A stretch of 64,000 bases of DNA from Eledone cirrhosa (lineage: Eukaryota): the NCBI GenBank assembly GCA_964016885.1, contig OZ024743.1, positions 210,366,001-210,430,000 on the forward strand, written 5' to 3'. The notes under the pieces were generated by a model. That model saw only the letters and a program-made list of their open reading frames with translations, ran no database searches and was not told the DNA's origin. The translations under genes and the position numbers were made by a program. Shown in pieces: positions 12,801-28,800 of the stretch; position 1 is the stretch's first letter; every line of letters starts with the position of its first letter.

Positions 12801-15800
12801 CTATAGCCAGATGAAAGCTCTTCACTCCATAAGATATACCACAGTTTACCATCCTATAGCCAGATGAAAGCTCTTCACTCCATAAGATATACCACAGTCT
12901 ACCATCCTATAGCCACACATGAAAGCTCTTCACTCCATAAGATATACCAAAGTTTACCATTCTATAGCCACAGATGAAAGATCTTCACTCCATAAGATAT
13001 ACCAAAGTTTACCATCCTATAGTCAGATGAAAGCTCTTCACTCCATAAGATATACCACAGTTTACCATCCTATAGCCACAGATGAAAGCTCTTCACTCCA
13101 TAAGATATACCACAGTTTACTATCCAATGGCCACAGATGAAAGATCTTCACACCATTAGATATACCACAGTTTACCATCCTATAGCCACAGATGAAAGCT
13201 CTTCACTCCATAAGATATACGACAGTTTACCATCCTATAGCCAGATGAAAGCACTTCACTCCATAAGATATATACCACAGTTTACCATCCTATAGCCACA
13301 GATGAAAGCTCTTCACTCCATAAGATATACCACAGTTTACCATCCTATAGTCACACATGAAAGCTCTTCACTCCATAAGATATAACACAGTTTACCATCC
13401 TATAGCCAGATGAAAGCTTTTCACTCCATAAGATATACCACAGTTTACCATCCTATAGCCACAGTTGAAAGCTCTTCACTCCATAAGATATACCACAGTT
13501 TACCATCCTATAGCCACAGATGAAAGCTCTTCACTCCATAAGATATACCACAGTTTACCATCCTATAGCCACAGATGAAAGTTGTTCACTCCATAAGATA
13601 TACCACAGTTTACCATCCTATAGCCACACATGAAAGCTCATCACTCCATAAGATATACCACAGTTTACCATCATATAGCCATACATGAAAGCTCTTCACT
13701 CCATAAGATATACCACAGTTTACCATCCTATACCCAGATGAAAGCTCTTCACTCCATAAGATATACCACAGTTTACCATCCTATAGCCACAGATGAAAGC
13801 TGTTCACTCCATAAGATATACCACAGTTTACCATCCTATAGCCAGATGAAAGCTCTTCACTCCATAAGTTATACCACAGTTTACCATCCTATAGCCACAG
13901 ATGAAAGCTCTTCACTCCATAAGATATACCACATTTTACCATCCTATAGCCACAGATGAAAGCTCTTCACTCCATAAGATATACCACAGTTTACCATCCT
14001 ATAGCCACACATGAAAGCTCTTCACTCCATAAGATACACCACAGTTTACCATCCTATAGCCACACATGAAAGCTCTTCACTCCATAAGATATACCACAGT
14101 TTACCATCCTATAGCCACAGATGAAAGCCCTTCACCCCATAAGATATACCACAGTTTACCATCCTGTAGCCACACATGAAAGCTCTTCATTCCATAAGAT
14201 ATACCACAGTTTACCATCCTATAGCCAGATGAAAGCTCTTCACTCCATAAGATATACGACAGTTTACCATCCTATAGCCACACATGAAAGCTCTTCAATC
14301 CATAAGATATACCTCAGTTTACCATCTCATAGCCACACATGAAAGCTCTTCACTCCATAAGATATACCACAGTTTACCATCTAATGGCCACAAATGAAAG
14401 CTCTTCACCCCATAAGATATACCACTGTTTACCATCCTATGGCCACACATGAAAGCTCTTCACTCCATCAGATATACCAAAGTTTACCATCCTATGGCCA
14501 CAGATGAAAGCTCTTCACTCCATAATATATACCACAGTTTACCATCCTATAGCCACAGATGAAAGCTCTTCACTCCATAAGATATACCACCGTTTACCAT
14601 CCTATAGCCACAGATGAAAGCTCTTCACTCCATAAGATATACCACAGTTTACCATCCTATAGCCACAGATGAAAGCTCTTCAGTCTATAAGATATACCAA
14701 AGTTTAACATCCTATAGTCAGATGAAAGTTCTTCACTCCATAAGATATACCACAGTATACCTTCCTATAGCCAGATAAAAGCTCTTCACTCCATTAGATA
14801 TACCAGTTTACCATCCTATAGCCACATATGAAAGCTCTTCACTCCATAAGATATACCACAGTTCACCATCCTATAGCCAGATGAAAGCTCTTCACTCCAT
14901 AAGATATACCACAGTTTACCGTCCTATAGCCACAGATGAACACTCTTCACTCCATAAGATATACCACAGTTTACCATCCTATACCCAGATGAAAGCTCTT
15001 CACTCCATCAGATATACCACAGTTTACCATCCTATAGTCACAGATGAAAGCTCTTCACCCCATAAGATATACCACAGTTTACCATCCTATGGCCACACAT
15101 GAAAGCTCTTCACCCCATAAGATATACCACAGTTTACCATCCTATGGCTACACTTGAAAGCTCTTCACTCCATAAGATATACCACAGTTTACCATCCTAT
15201 GGCCACACATGAAAGCTCTTCACCCCATGAGATATACCACAGTTTACAATCCTATGGCCACAGTTGAAAGCTCCTCACTCCATAAGATATATCACAGTTT
15301 ACCACCCTATAGCCACACATGAAAGCACTTCACTCCATAAGATATACCTCAGATTACCATCCTATATCCACACATGAGAGCTCTTCACTCCGTAAGATAT
15401 ACCACAGTATACCATCCTATAGCCAGATGAAAGCTCTTCACCCCATAAGATATACCACAGTTTACCATTCTATAGCCACAGATGAAAGCTCTTCACTCTA
15501 TAAGATATACCACAGTTTACCATCCTATAGCCACACATGAAAGCTCTTCACTCCATAAGATATACCACAGTTTACCATCCTACAGCCACAGATGAAAGCT
15601 CTTTACTCCATAAGATATACCACAGTTTACCATCCTATAGCCACACATGAGAGCTCTTCACTCCATAAGATATACCACAGTTTACCATCTAATGGCCACA
15701 AATGAAAGCTCTTCACCCCATAAGATATACCACAGTTTACCATCCTATGGCCACACATGAAAGCTCTTCACCCCATAAGATATACCACAGTTTACCACCC

Positions 15801-16842
15801 TATAGCCACACATGAAAGCTCTTCACTCCATAAGATATACCTCAGATTACCATCCTATAGCCACACATGAGAGCTCTTCACTCCATAAGATATACCACAG
15901 TTTACCATCCTATAGCCAGATGAAAGCTCTTCACCCCATAAGATATACCACAGTTTACCATCCTATAGCCACAGATGAAAGCTCTTCACTCTATAAGATA
16001 TACCACAGTTTACCATCCTATAGCCACACATGAAAGCTCTTCACTCCATAAGATATACCACAGTTTACCATCCTATAGCCACACATCAGAGCTCTTCAAT
16101 CCATAAGATATACCGCAGTTTACCATCCTACAGCCACAGATGAAAGCTCTTTACTCCATAAGATATACCACAGTTTACCATCTAATGGCCACAAATGAAA
16201 GCTCTTCACCCCATAAGATATACCACAGTTTACCATCCTATGGCTACACTTGAAAGCTCTTCACTCCATAAGATATACCACAGTTTACCATCCTATAGCC
16301 AGATGAAAGCTCTTCACTCCATAAGATATACCACAGTTTACCATCCTATAGCCAGATGAAAGCTCTTCACTCCATAAGATATACCACAGTCTACCATCCT
16401 ATAGCCACACATGAAAGCTCTTCACTCCATAAGATATACCAAAGTTTACCATTCTATAGCCACAGATGAAAGATCTTCACTCCATAAGATATACCAAAGT
16501 TTACCATCCTATAGTCAGATGAAAGCTCTTCACTCCATAAGATATACCACAGTTTACCATCCTATAGCCACAGATGAAAGCTCTTCACTCCATAAGATAT
16601 ACCACAGTTTACTATCCAATGGCCACAGATGAAAGATCTTCACACCATTAGATATACCACAGTTTACCATCCTATAGCCACAGATGAAAGCTCTTCACTC
16701 CATAAGATATACGACAGTTTACCATCCTATAGCCAGATGAAAGCACTTCACTCCATAAGATATATACCACAGTTTACCATCCTATAGCCACAGATGAAAG
16801 CTCTTCACTCCATAAGATATACCACAGTTTACCATCCTATAG
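9810..16842. repeat. Near-perfect tandem duplication, 3492-bp unit (~64 monomers)
   Basis: Six ORF pairs have identical translations at a constant offset of 3492: 10138/13630, 10629/14121, 11389/14881, 11827/15319, 12320/15812 and 12919/16411. The match breaks at 9809/13301 and about 13351/16843. Confidence 0.95.
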
Positions 16843-19800
16843 CCATACATGACAGCTCTTCAGTCCATAAGATATACCACAGTTTACCATCCTATAGCCA
16901 CACATGAAAGCTCTTCACTCCATAAGATATACCACATTTTACCATACTTTAGCCAGAGATGAAAGCTCTTCACTCCATAAGATATACCACAGTTTACCAT
17001 CCTATAGCCAGATGAAAGCTCTTCACTCCATAAGATATACCACAGTTTACCATCCTATGACCACACATGATAGCTCTTCACTCCATAAGATATACCACAG
17101 TTTACCATCCTATAGCCACACATGAAAGCTCTTCACTCCATAAGATATACCACAGTTTACCATCCTATAGCCACACATGAAAGCTCTTCACTTCATAAGA
17201 TATACCACAGTTTACCATCCTATAGCCACACATGAAAGGTCTTCACTCCATAAGATATACCACAGTTTACCATTCTATGGCCACACATGAAAGCTCTTCA
17301 CCCCATAAGATATACCACAGTTTACCATCATATAGCCACACATAAAAGCTCTTCACTCCATAAGATATACCACCGTTTACCATCCTATAGTCACAGATGA
17401 AAGCTCTTCACCCCATAAGATATACCACAGTTTACCATCCTATGGCCACACATGAAAGCTCTTCACCCCATAAGATATACCACAGTTTACCATCCTATGG
17501 CTACACTTGAAAGCTCTTCACTCCATAAGATATACCACAGTTTACCATTCTATGGCCACACATGAAAGCTCTTCACTCCATAAGATATACCACAGTTTAC
17601 CATCCTATAGCCACACATGACAGCTCTTCACTTCATAAGATATACCACAGTTTACCATCCTATAGCCACAGATGAAACCCTTCACTCCATAAGTTATACC
17701 GCAGTTTACCATCCTATAGCCAAATGAAAGCTCTTCACTCCATAAGATATACCAGTTTACCATCCTATAGCCACAGATGAAAGCTCTTCACTCCATAAGA
17801 TATACCACAGTTCACCATCCTATAGCCAGATGAAAGCTCTTCACTCCATAAGATATACCACAGTTTACCATCATATAGCCACACATAAAAGCTCTTCACT
17901 CCATAAGATATACCACCGTTTACCATCCTATAGTCACAGATGAAAGCTCTTCACCCCATAAGATATACCACAGTTTACCATCCTATGGCCACACATGAAA
18001 GCTCTTCACCCCATAAGATATACCACAGTTTACCATCCTATGGCTACACTTGAAAGCTCTTCACTCCATAAGATATACCACAGTTTACCATCCTATGACC
18101 ACACATGATAGCTCTTCACTCCATAAGATATACCACAGTTTACCATCCTATAGCCACACATGAAAGGTCTTCATTCCATAAGATATACAACAGTTTACCA
18201 TCCTATAGCCACACATGAAAGCTCTTCACTTCATAAGATATACCACAGTTTACCATCCTATAGCCACACATGAAAGGTCTTCACTCCATAAGATATACCA
18301 CAGTTTACCATTCTATGGCCACACATGAAAGCTCTTCACCCCATAAGATATACCACAGTTTACCATCCTGTAACAAGATGAATGCTCTTCACTCCATAAG
18401 ATATACCACAGTTTACCATCCTATAGCCACACATGAAAGCTCTTCACTCCATAAGATATACCACAGTTTACCATCCTATAGCCACACATGAAAGCTCTTC
18501 ACTTCATAAGATATACCACAGTTTACCATCCTATAGCCACACATAAAAGCTCTTCACTCCATACGATATACCACAGTTTACCATCATATAGCCACAGATG
18601 AAAGCTCTTCACTCCATAAGTTATACCACAGTTTACCATCCTATAGTCACAGATGAAAGCTCTTCACCCCATAAGATATACCACAGTTTACCATCCTATG
18701 GCCACACATGAAAGCCCTTCACCCCATAAGATATACCACAGTTTACCATCCTATGGCTACACTTGAAAGCTCTTCACTCCATAAGATATACCACAGTTTA
18801 CCATCCTATGGCCATACATGAAAGCTCTTCACTCCATATGATATACCACAGTTTACCGTCCTATAGCCACAGATGAACGCTCTTCACTCCATAAGATATA
18901 CCACAGTTTACCATCCTATAATCACAGTTGAAAGCTCTTCACTCCATAAGATATACCACAGTTTACCATCCTATATCCAGATGAAAGCTCTTCACTCCAT
19001 CAGATATACCACAGTTTACCATCCTAAGGCCACACATGAAAGCTCTTCACTCCATAAGATATAGCACAGTTTACCATCCTATGGCCACACATGAAAGCTC
19101 TTCACCCCATAAGATATACCACAGTTTACAATCCTATGGCCACAGATGAAAGCTCTTCACTCCATAAGATATATCACAGTTTACCACCCTATAGCCACAC
19201 ATGAAAGCTCTTCACTCCATAAGATATACCTCAGATTACCATCCTATAGCCACACATGAGAGCTCTTCACTCCATAAGATATACCACAGATTACCATCCC
19301 ATAGCCAGATGAAAGCTCTTCACCCCATAAGATATACCACAGTTTACCATCCTATAGCCACAGATGAAAGCTCTTCACTCTATAAGATATACCACAGTTT
19401 ACCATCCTATAGCCACATATGAAAGCTCTTCACTCCATAAGATATACCACAGTTCACCATCCTATAGCCAGATCAAAGCTCTTCACTCCATAAGATATAC
19501 CACAGTTTACTATCCTATAGCCACACATAAAACCTCTTCACTCTATACGATATACCACAGTTTACCATCATATAGCCACAGATGAAAGCTCTTCACTCCA
19601 TAAGATATACCACAGTTTACCATCCTATAGTCACAGATGAAAGCTCTTCACCCCATAAGATATACCACAGTTTACCATCCTATGGCCACACATGAAAGCT
19701 CTTCACCCCATAAGATATACCACAGTTTACCATCCTATGGCTACACTTGAAAGCTCTTCACTCCATAAGATATACCACAGTTTACCGTACTATAGCCACA

Positions 19801-22800
19801 GATGAACGCTCTTCACTCCATAAGATATACCACAGTTTACCATCCTATAATCACAGATGAAAGCTCTTCACTCCATAAGATATACCACAGTTTACCATCC
19901 TATACCCAGATGAAAGCTCTTCACTCCATCAGATATACCACAGTTTACCATCCTATGGCCACACATGAAAGCTCTTCACCCCATAAGATATACCACAGTT
20001 TACAATCCTATGGCCACAGTTGAAAGCTCCTCACTCCATAAGATATATCACAGTTTACCACCCTATAGCCACACATGAAAGCTCTTCACTCCATAAGATA
20101 TACCTCAGATTACCATCCTATATCCACACATGAGAGCTCTTCACTCCGTAAGATATACCACAGTTTACCATCCTATAGCCAGATGAAAGCTCTTCACCCC
20201 ATAAGATATACCACAGTTTACCATTCTATAGCCACAGATGAAAGCTCTTCACTCTATAAGATATACCACAGTTTACCATCCTATAGCCACACATGAAAGC
20301 TCTTCACTCCATAAGATATACCACAGTTTACCATCCTACAGCCACAGATGAAAGCTCTTTACTCCATAAGATATACCACAGTTTACCATCCTATAGCCAC
20401 ACATGAGAGCTCTTCACTCCATAAGATATACCACAGTTTACCATCTAATGGCCACAAATGAAAGCTCTTCACCCCATAAGATATACCACAGTTTACCATC
20501 CTATGGCCACACATGAAAGCTCTTCACCCCATAAGATATATCACAGTTTACCACCCTATAGCCACACATGAAAGCTCTTCACTCCATAAGATATACCTCA
20601 GATTACCATCCTATAGCCACACATGAGAGCTCTTCACTCCATAAGATATACCACATTTTACCATCCTATAGCCAGATGAAAGCTCTTCACCCCATAAGAT
20701 ATACCACAGTTTACCATCCGATAGCCACAGATGAAAGCTCTTCACTCTATAAGATATACCACAGTTTACCATCCTATAGCCACACATGAAAGCTCTTCAC
20801 TCCATAAGATATACCACAGTTTACCATCCTATAGCCACACATGAGAGCTCTTCAATCCATAAGATATACCGCAGTTTACCATCCTACAGCCACAGATGAA
20901 AGCTCTTTACTCCATAAGATATACCACAGTTTACCATCTAATGGCCACAAATGAAAGCTCTTCACCCCATAAGATATACCACAGTTTACCATCCTATGGC
21001 TACACTTGAAAGCTCTTCACTCCATAAGATATACCACAGTTTACCATCCTATAGCCAGATGAAAGCTCTTCACTCCATAAGATATACCACAGTTTACCAT
21101 CCTATAGCCAGATGAAAGCTCTTCACTCCATAAGATATACCACAGTCTACCATCCTATAGCCACACATGAAAGCTCTTCACTCCATAAGATATACCAAAG
21201 TTTACCATTCTATAGCCACAGATGAAAGATCTTCACTCCATAAGATATACCACAGTTTACCATCCTATAGTCAGATGAAAGCTCTTCACTCCATAAGATA
21301 TACCACAGTTTACCATCCTATAGCCACAGATGAAAGCTCTTCACTCCATAAGATATACGACAGTTTACCATCCTATAGCCAGATGAAAGCACTTCACTCC
21401 ATAAGATATATACCACAGTTTACCATCCTATAGCCACAGATGAAAGCTCTTCACTCCATAAGATATACCACAGTTTACCATCCTATAGCCATACATGACA
21501 GCTCTTCAGTCCATAAGATATACCACAGTTTACCATCCTATAGCCACACATGAAAGCTCTTCACTCCATAAGATATACCACATTTTACCATACTTTAGCC
21601 ACAGATGAAAGCTCTTCACTCCATAAGATATACCACAGTTTACCATCCTATAGCCAGATGAAAGCTCTTCACTCCATAAGATATACCACAGTTTACCATC
21701 CTATGACCACACATGATAGCTCTTCACTCCATAAGATATACCACAGTTTACCATCCTATAGCCACACATGAAAGCTCTTCACTCCATAAGATATACCACA
21801 GTTTACCATCCTATAGCCACACATGAAAGCTCTTCACTTCATCAGATATACCACAGTTTACCATCCTATAGCCACAGATGAAACTCTTCACTCCATAAGA
21901 TATACCACAGTTTATCATTCTATGGCCACACATGAAAGCTCTTCTCCCCATAAGATATACCACAGTTTACCATCCTGTAACAAGATGAATGCTCTTCACT
22001 CCATAAGATATACCACAATTTACCATCCTATAGCCACACATGAAAGCTCTTCACTCCATAAGATATACCACAGTTTACCATCCTATAGCCACACATGACA
22101 GCTCTTCACTTCATAAGATATACCACAGTTTACCATCCTATAGCCACAGATGAAACCCTTCACTCCATAAGTTATACCGCAGTTTACCATCCTATAGCCA
22201 AATGAAAGCTCTTCACTCCATAAGATATACCAGTTTACCATCCTATAACCACAGATGAAAGCTCTTCACTCCATAAGATATACCACAGTTCACCATCCTA
22301 TAGCCAGATGAAAGCTCTTCACTCCATAAGATATACCACAGTTTACCATCCTATAGCCACACATAAAAGCTCTTCACTCCATACGATATACCACAGTTTA
22401 CCATCATATAGCCACAGATGAAAGCTCTTCACTCCATAAGATATACCACAGTTTACCATCCTATAGTCACAGATGAAAGCTCTTCACCCCATAAGATATA
22501 CCACAGTTTACCATCCTATGGCCACACATGAAAGCTCTTCACCCCATAAGATATACCACAGTTTACCATCCTATGGCTACACTTGAAAGCTCTTCACTCC
22601 ATAAGATATACCACAGTTTACCATCCTATGGCCACACATGAAAGCTCTTCACTCCATAAGATATACCACAGTTTACCATCCTATGGCCACAGATGAAAGC
22701 TCTTCACTCCATAATATATACCACAGTTTACCATCCTATAGCCACACATGAAAGCTCTTCACTCCATAAGATATACCACAGTTTACCATGCTATAGCCAC

Positions 22801-25800
22801 ACATGAGAGCTCTTCACTCCATAAGATATACCGCAATTTACCATCCTATGGCCACACATGAAAGCTCTTAATCTCATAAGATATACCACAGTTTACCATC
22901 CTATGGCCACACATGAAAGCTCTTCTCTCCATAAGATATACCACATTTTACCATACTTTGGCCACAGATGAAAGCTCTTCACTCCATAAGATATACCACA
23001 GTTTACCATCCTATAGCCAGATGAAAGCTCTTCACTCCATAAGGTATACCACAGATTACCATCCTATTGCCACAGATGAAAGCTCTTCACTCCATAAGAT
23101 ATACCACAGTTTACCATCCTATGACCACACATGATAGCTCTTCACTCCATAAGATATACCACAGTTTACCATCCTATAGCCACACATGAAAGGTCTTCAT
23201 TCCATAAGATATACAACAGTTTACCATCCTATAGCCACACATGAAAGCTCTTCACTTCATAAGATATACCACAGTTTACCATCCTATAGCCACACATGAA
23301 AGGTCTTCACTCCATAAGATATACCACAGTTTACCATTCTATGGCCACACATGAAAGCTCTTCACCCCATAAGATATACCACAGTTTACCATCCTGTAAC
23401 AAGATGAATGCTCTTCACTCCATAAGATATACCACAGTTTACCATCCTATAGCCACACATGAAAGCTCTTCACTCCATAAGATATACCACAGTTTACCAT
23501 CCTATAGCCACACATGAAAGCTCTTCACTTCATAAGATATACCACAGTTTACCATCCTATAGCCACACATAAAAGCTCTTCACTCCATACGATATATCAC
23601 AGTTTACCATCATATAGCCACAGATGAAAGCTCTTCACTCCATGAGATATACCACAGTTTACCATCCTATAGTCACAGATGAAAGCTCTTCACCCCATAA
23701 GATATACCACAGTTTACCATCCTATGGCCACACATGAAAGCTCTTCACCCCATAAGATATACCACAGTTTACCATCCTATGGCTACACTTGAAAGCTCTT
23801 CACTCCATAAGATATACCACAGTTTACCATCCTATGGCCATACATGAAAGCTCTTCACTCCATATGATATACCACAGTTTACCGTCCTATAGCCACAGAT
23901 GAACGCTCTTCACTCCATAAGATATACCACAGTTTAACATCCTATAATCACAGTTGAAAGCTCTTCACTCCATAAGATATACCACAGTTTACCATCCTAT
24001 ACCCAGATGAAAGCTCTTCACTCCATCAGATATACCACAGTTTACCATCCTATGGCCACACATGAAAGCTCTTCACTCCATAAGATATAGCACAGTTTAC
24101 CATCCTATGGCCACACATGAAAGCTCTTCACCCCATAAGATATACCACAGTTTACAATCCTATGGCCACAGATGAAAGCTCTTCACTCCATAAGATATAT
24201 CACAGTTTACCACCCTATAGCCACACATGAAAGCTCTTCACTCCATAAGATATACCTCAGATTACCATCCTATAGCCACACATGACAGCTCTTCACTCCA
24301 TAAGATATACCACAGATTACCATCCCATAGCCAGATGAAAGCTCTTCACCCCATAAGATATACCACAGTTTACCATCCTATAGCCACAGATGAAAGCTCT
24401 TCACTCTATAAGATATACCACAGTTTACCATCCTATAGCCACACATGAAAGCTCTTCACTCCATAAGATATACCACAGTTTACCATCCTATAGCCACACA
24501 TGAGAGCTCTTCAATCCATAAGATATACCGCAGTTTACCATCCTATGGCCACAGATGAAAGCTCTTCACTCCATAAGATATACCACAGTTTACCATCCTA
24601 TAGCCAGATGAAGGCTCTTCACTCCATAAGATATACCACAGTTTACCATCCTATAGCCACAGATGAAAGCTGTTCACTCTATAAGATATACCACAGTTTA
24701 CCATCCTACAGCCACAGATGAAAGCTCTTTACTCCATAAGATATACCACAGTTTACCATCTAATGGCCACAAATGAAAGCTCTTCACCCCATAAGATATA
24801 CCACAGTTTACCATCCTATGGCCACACATGAAAGCTCTTCACCCCATAAATATACCACAGTTTACCATCCTATGGCCACACATGAAAGCTCTTCACTCCA
24901 TAAGATATACCACAGTTTACCATCCTATAGCCAGATGAAAGCTCTTCACTCCATAAGATATACCACAGTTTACCATACTATAGTCAGATGAAAGCTAATC
25001 ACTCCATAAGATATACCACAGTTTACCATCCTATAGCCACAGATGAAAGCTCTTCACTCCATGAGATATACCACAGTTTACTATCCTATGGCCACAGATG
25101 AAAGATCTTCACACCATAAGATATACCACAGTTTACCATCCTATAGCCACAGATGAAAGCACTTCACTCCATAAGATATATACCACAGTTTACCATCCTA
25201 TAGCCACAGATGAAAGCTCTTCACTCCATAAGATATACCACAGTTTACCATCCTATAGCCATACATGACAGCTTTTCAGTCCATAAGATATACCACAGTT
25301 TACCATCCTATAGCCACACATGAAAGCTCTTCACTCCATAAGATATACCACAGTTTACCATCTTATAGCCACAGATGAAAGCTCTTCACTCCATAAGATA
25401 TACCACAGTTTACCATCCTGTAGCCAGATGAAAGCTCTTCACTCCATAAGATATACCACAGTTTACCATCCTATAGCCACACATGAAAGCTCTTCACTCC
25501 ATAAGTTATACCACAGTTTACCATCCTATAGCCAGATGAAAGCTCTTCACTCCATAAGATATACCACAGTCTACCATCCTATAGCCACACATGAAAGCTC
25601 TTCACTCCATAAGATATACCACATTTTACCATACTTTAGCCACAGATGAAAGCTCTTCACTCCATAAGATATACCACAGTTTACCATCCTATAGCCAGAT
25701 GAAAGCTCTTCACTTCATAAGATATACCACAGTTTACCATCCTATAGCCACAGATGAAACTCTTCACTCCATAAGATATACCACAGTTTACCATTCTATG

Positions 25801-28800
25801 GCCACACATGAAAGCTCTTCACCCCATAAGATATACCACAGTTTACCATCCTGTAACAAGATGAATGCTCTTCACTCCATAAGATATACCACAGTTTACC
25901 ATCCTATAGCCACACATGAAAGCTCTTCACTCCATAAGATATACCACAGTTTACCATCCTATAGCCACACATGACAGCTCTTCACTTCATAAGATATACC
26001 ACAGTTTACCATCCTATAGCCACAGATTAAACCCTTCACTCCATAAGTTATACCGCAGTTTACCATCCTATAGCCAAATGAAAGCTCTTCACTCCATAAG
26101 ATATACCACAGTTTACCATCCTATAGCCAGATTAAAGCTCTTCACTCCATAAGATATACCAGTTTAGCATCCTATAGCCACAGATGAAAGCTCTTCACTC
26201 CATAAGATATACCACAGTTCACCATCCTATAGCCAGATGAAAGCTCTTCACCGCATAAGATATACCACAGTTTACCATCCTATAGCCACACATAAAAGCT
26301 CTTCACTCCATACGATATACCACAGTTTACCATCATATAGCCACAGATGAAAGCTCTTCACTCCATAAGATATACCACAGTTTACCATCCTATAGTAACA
26401 GATGAAAGCTCTTCACCCCATAAGATATACCACAGTTTACCATCCTATGGCCACACATGAAAGCTCTTCACCCCATAAGATATACCACAGTTTACCATCC
26501 TATGGCCACACATGAAAGCTCTTCACTCCATAAGATATACCACAGTTTACCATCCTATGGCCACAGATGAAAGCTCTTCACTCCAAAATATATACCACAG
26601 TTTACCATCCTATAGCCACACATGAAAGCTCTTCACTCCATAAGATATACCACAGTTTACCATCCTATAGCCACACATGAGAGCTCTTCACTCCATAAGA
26701 TATACCGCAGTTTACCATCCTATGGCCACACATGAAAGCTCTTAATCCCATAAGATATACCACAGTTTACCATCCTATGTCCACACATGAAAGCTCTTCA
26801 CTCCATAAGATATACCATAGTTTACCATCCTATGGCCACACATGAAAGCTCTAGACCCCATAAGACATACCACAGTTTACCATCCTATAGACAGATTAAA
26901 GCTCTTCACTCCATAAGATATACCACAGTTTAGCATCCTATAGCCACACATGAAATCTCTTTACCCCATAAGATATACCACAGTTTACCATCCTATGGCC
27001 ACACATGAAAGCTCTTCACTCCATAAGATATACCACAGTTTACCATCCTATAGCCACAGATGGAAGCTCTTCACGCCATAAGATATACCACAATTTACCA
27101 TACTATAGCCACACATGAACGCTCTTCACTCTATAAGATATACCACAGTCTACCATCCTATAGCCACACATGAAAGCTCTTCACTCCATAAGATATACCA
27201 CAGTTTACCATCCTATAGCCACACATGAGAGCTCTTCACTCCATAAGATATACCACAGTTCACCATCTAATGGCCACAAATGAAAGCTCTTCACACCATA
27301 AGATATACCACTGTTTACCATCCTATGGCCACACATGAAAGTTCTTCACTCCATAAGATATACCACTGTTTACCATCCTATGGCCACACATGAAAGCTCT
27401 TCACTCCATAAGATATACCAAAGTTTACCATCCTATGGCCACAGATGAAAGCTCTTCACTCCATAATATATACCACAGTTCACCATCCTATGGCCACAGA
27501 TGAAAGCTCTAGAACTCCATAATATATATCACAGTTTACCATCCTATAACCACAGATGAAAGCTCTTCACTCCATAAGATATACCACAGTTTACCATCCT
27601 ATAGCCAGATGAAAGCTCTTCACTCCATAAGATATACCACAGTTTACCATCCTATAGCCAGATGAAAGCTCTTCACTCCATAAGATATACCACAGTCTAC
27701 CATACTATAGCCACACATGAAAGCTCTTCACTCCATAAGATATACCACAGTTTACCATTCTATAGCCACAGATGAAAGATCTTCACTCCATAAGATATAA
27801 CACAGTTTACCATCCTATAGGCAGATGAAAGCTCTTCACTCCATAAGATATACCACAGTTTACCATCCTATAGCCACAGATGAAAGCTCTTCACTCCATA
27901 AGATATACCACAGTTTACTATCCAATGGCCACAGATGAAAGATCTTCACACCATAAGATATACCACAGTTTACCATCCTATAGCCACAGATGAAAGCTCT
28001 TCACTCCATAAGATATACCACAGTTTACCATCCTATAGCCACACATGAAAGCTCTTCACTCCATAAGATATACCACAGTTTACCATCCTATAGCCAGATG
28101 AAACCACTTCACTCCATAAGATATATACCACAGTTTACCATCCTATAGCCACAGATGAAAGCTCTTCACTCCATAAGATATACCACAGTTTACCATCCTA
28201 TAGCCATACATGACAGCTGTTCAGTCCATAAGATATACCACAGTTTACCATCCTATAGCCACACATGAAAGCTCTTCACTCCATAAGATATACTACATTT
28301 TACCATTCTTTAGCCACAGATGAAAGCTCTTCACTCCATAAGATATACCACATTTTACCATCCTATAGCCAGATGAAAGCTCTTCACTCCATAAGATATA
28401 CCACAGATTACCATCCTATTGCCACAGATGAAAGCTCTTCACTCCATAAGATATACCACAGTTTACCATCCTATGACCACACATGATAGCTCTTCACTCC
28501 ATAAGATATACCACAGTTTACCATCCTATAGCCACACATGAAAGCTCTTCACTCCATAAGATATACCACAGTTTACCATCCTATAGCCACACATGAAAGC
28601 TCTTCACTTCATAAGATATACCACAGTTTACCATCCTATAGCCACAGATGAAACTCTTCACTCCATAATATATACCACAGTTTACCATTCTATGGCCACA
28701 CATGAAAGCTCTTCACCCCATAAGATATACCACAGTTTACCATCCTGTAACAAGATGAATGCTCTTCACTCCATAAGATATACCACAGTTTACCATCCTA

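Larger units (their letters stand above)
700..21500. repeat. Domain A multi-monomer block (variable-length higher-order repeat), six recognisable copies
   Basis: The ordered variants GCTCCTC..TATATCAC / TACCTCAGATTACCATCCTATATCC / GAGAGC..CCGTAAG / CATTCT / CTCTATAAG / TACAGCC / CTTTACT / CTAATGGCCACAAATG recur with ORF-track anchors at 1642, 3613, 8218, 11827, 15319 and 20075. Spacings are 1971, 4605, 3609, 3492 and 4756. Confidence 0.9.
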
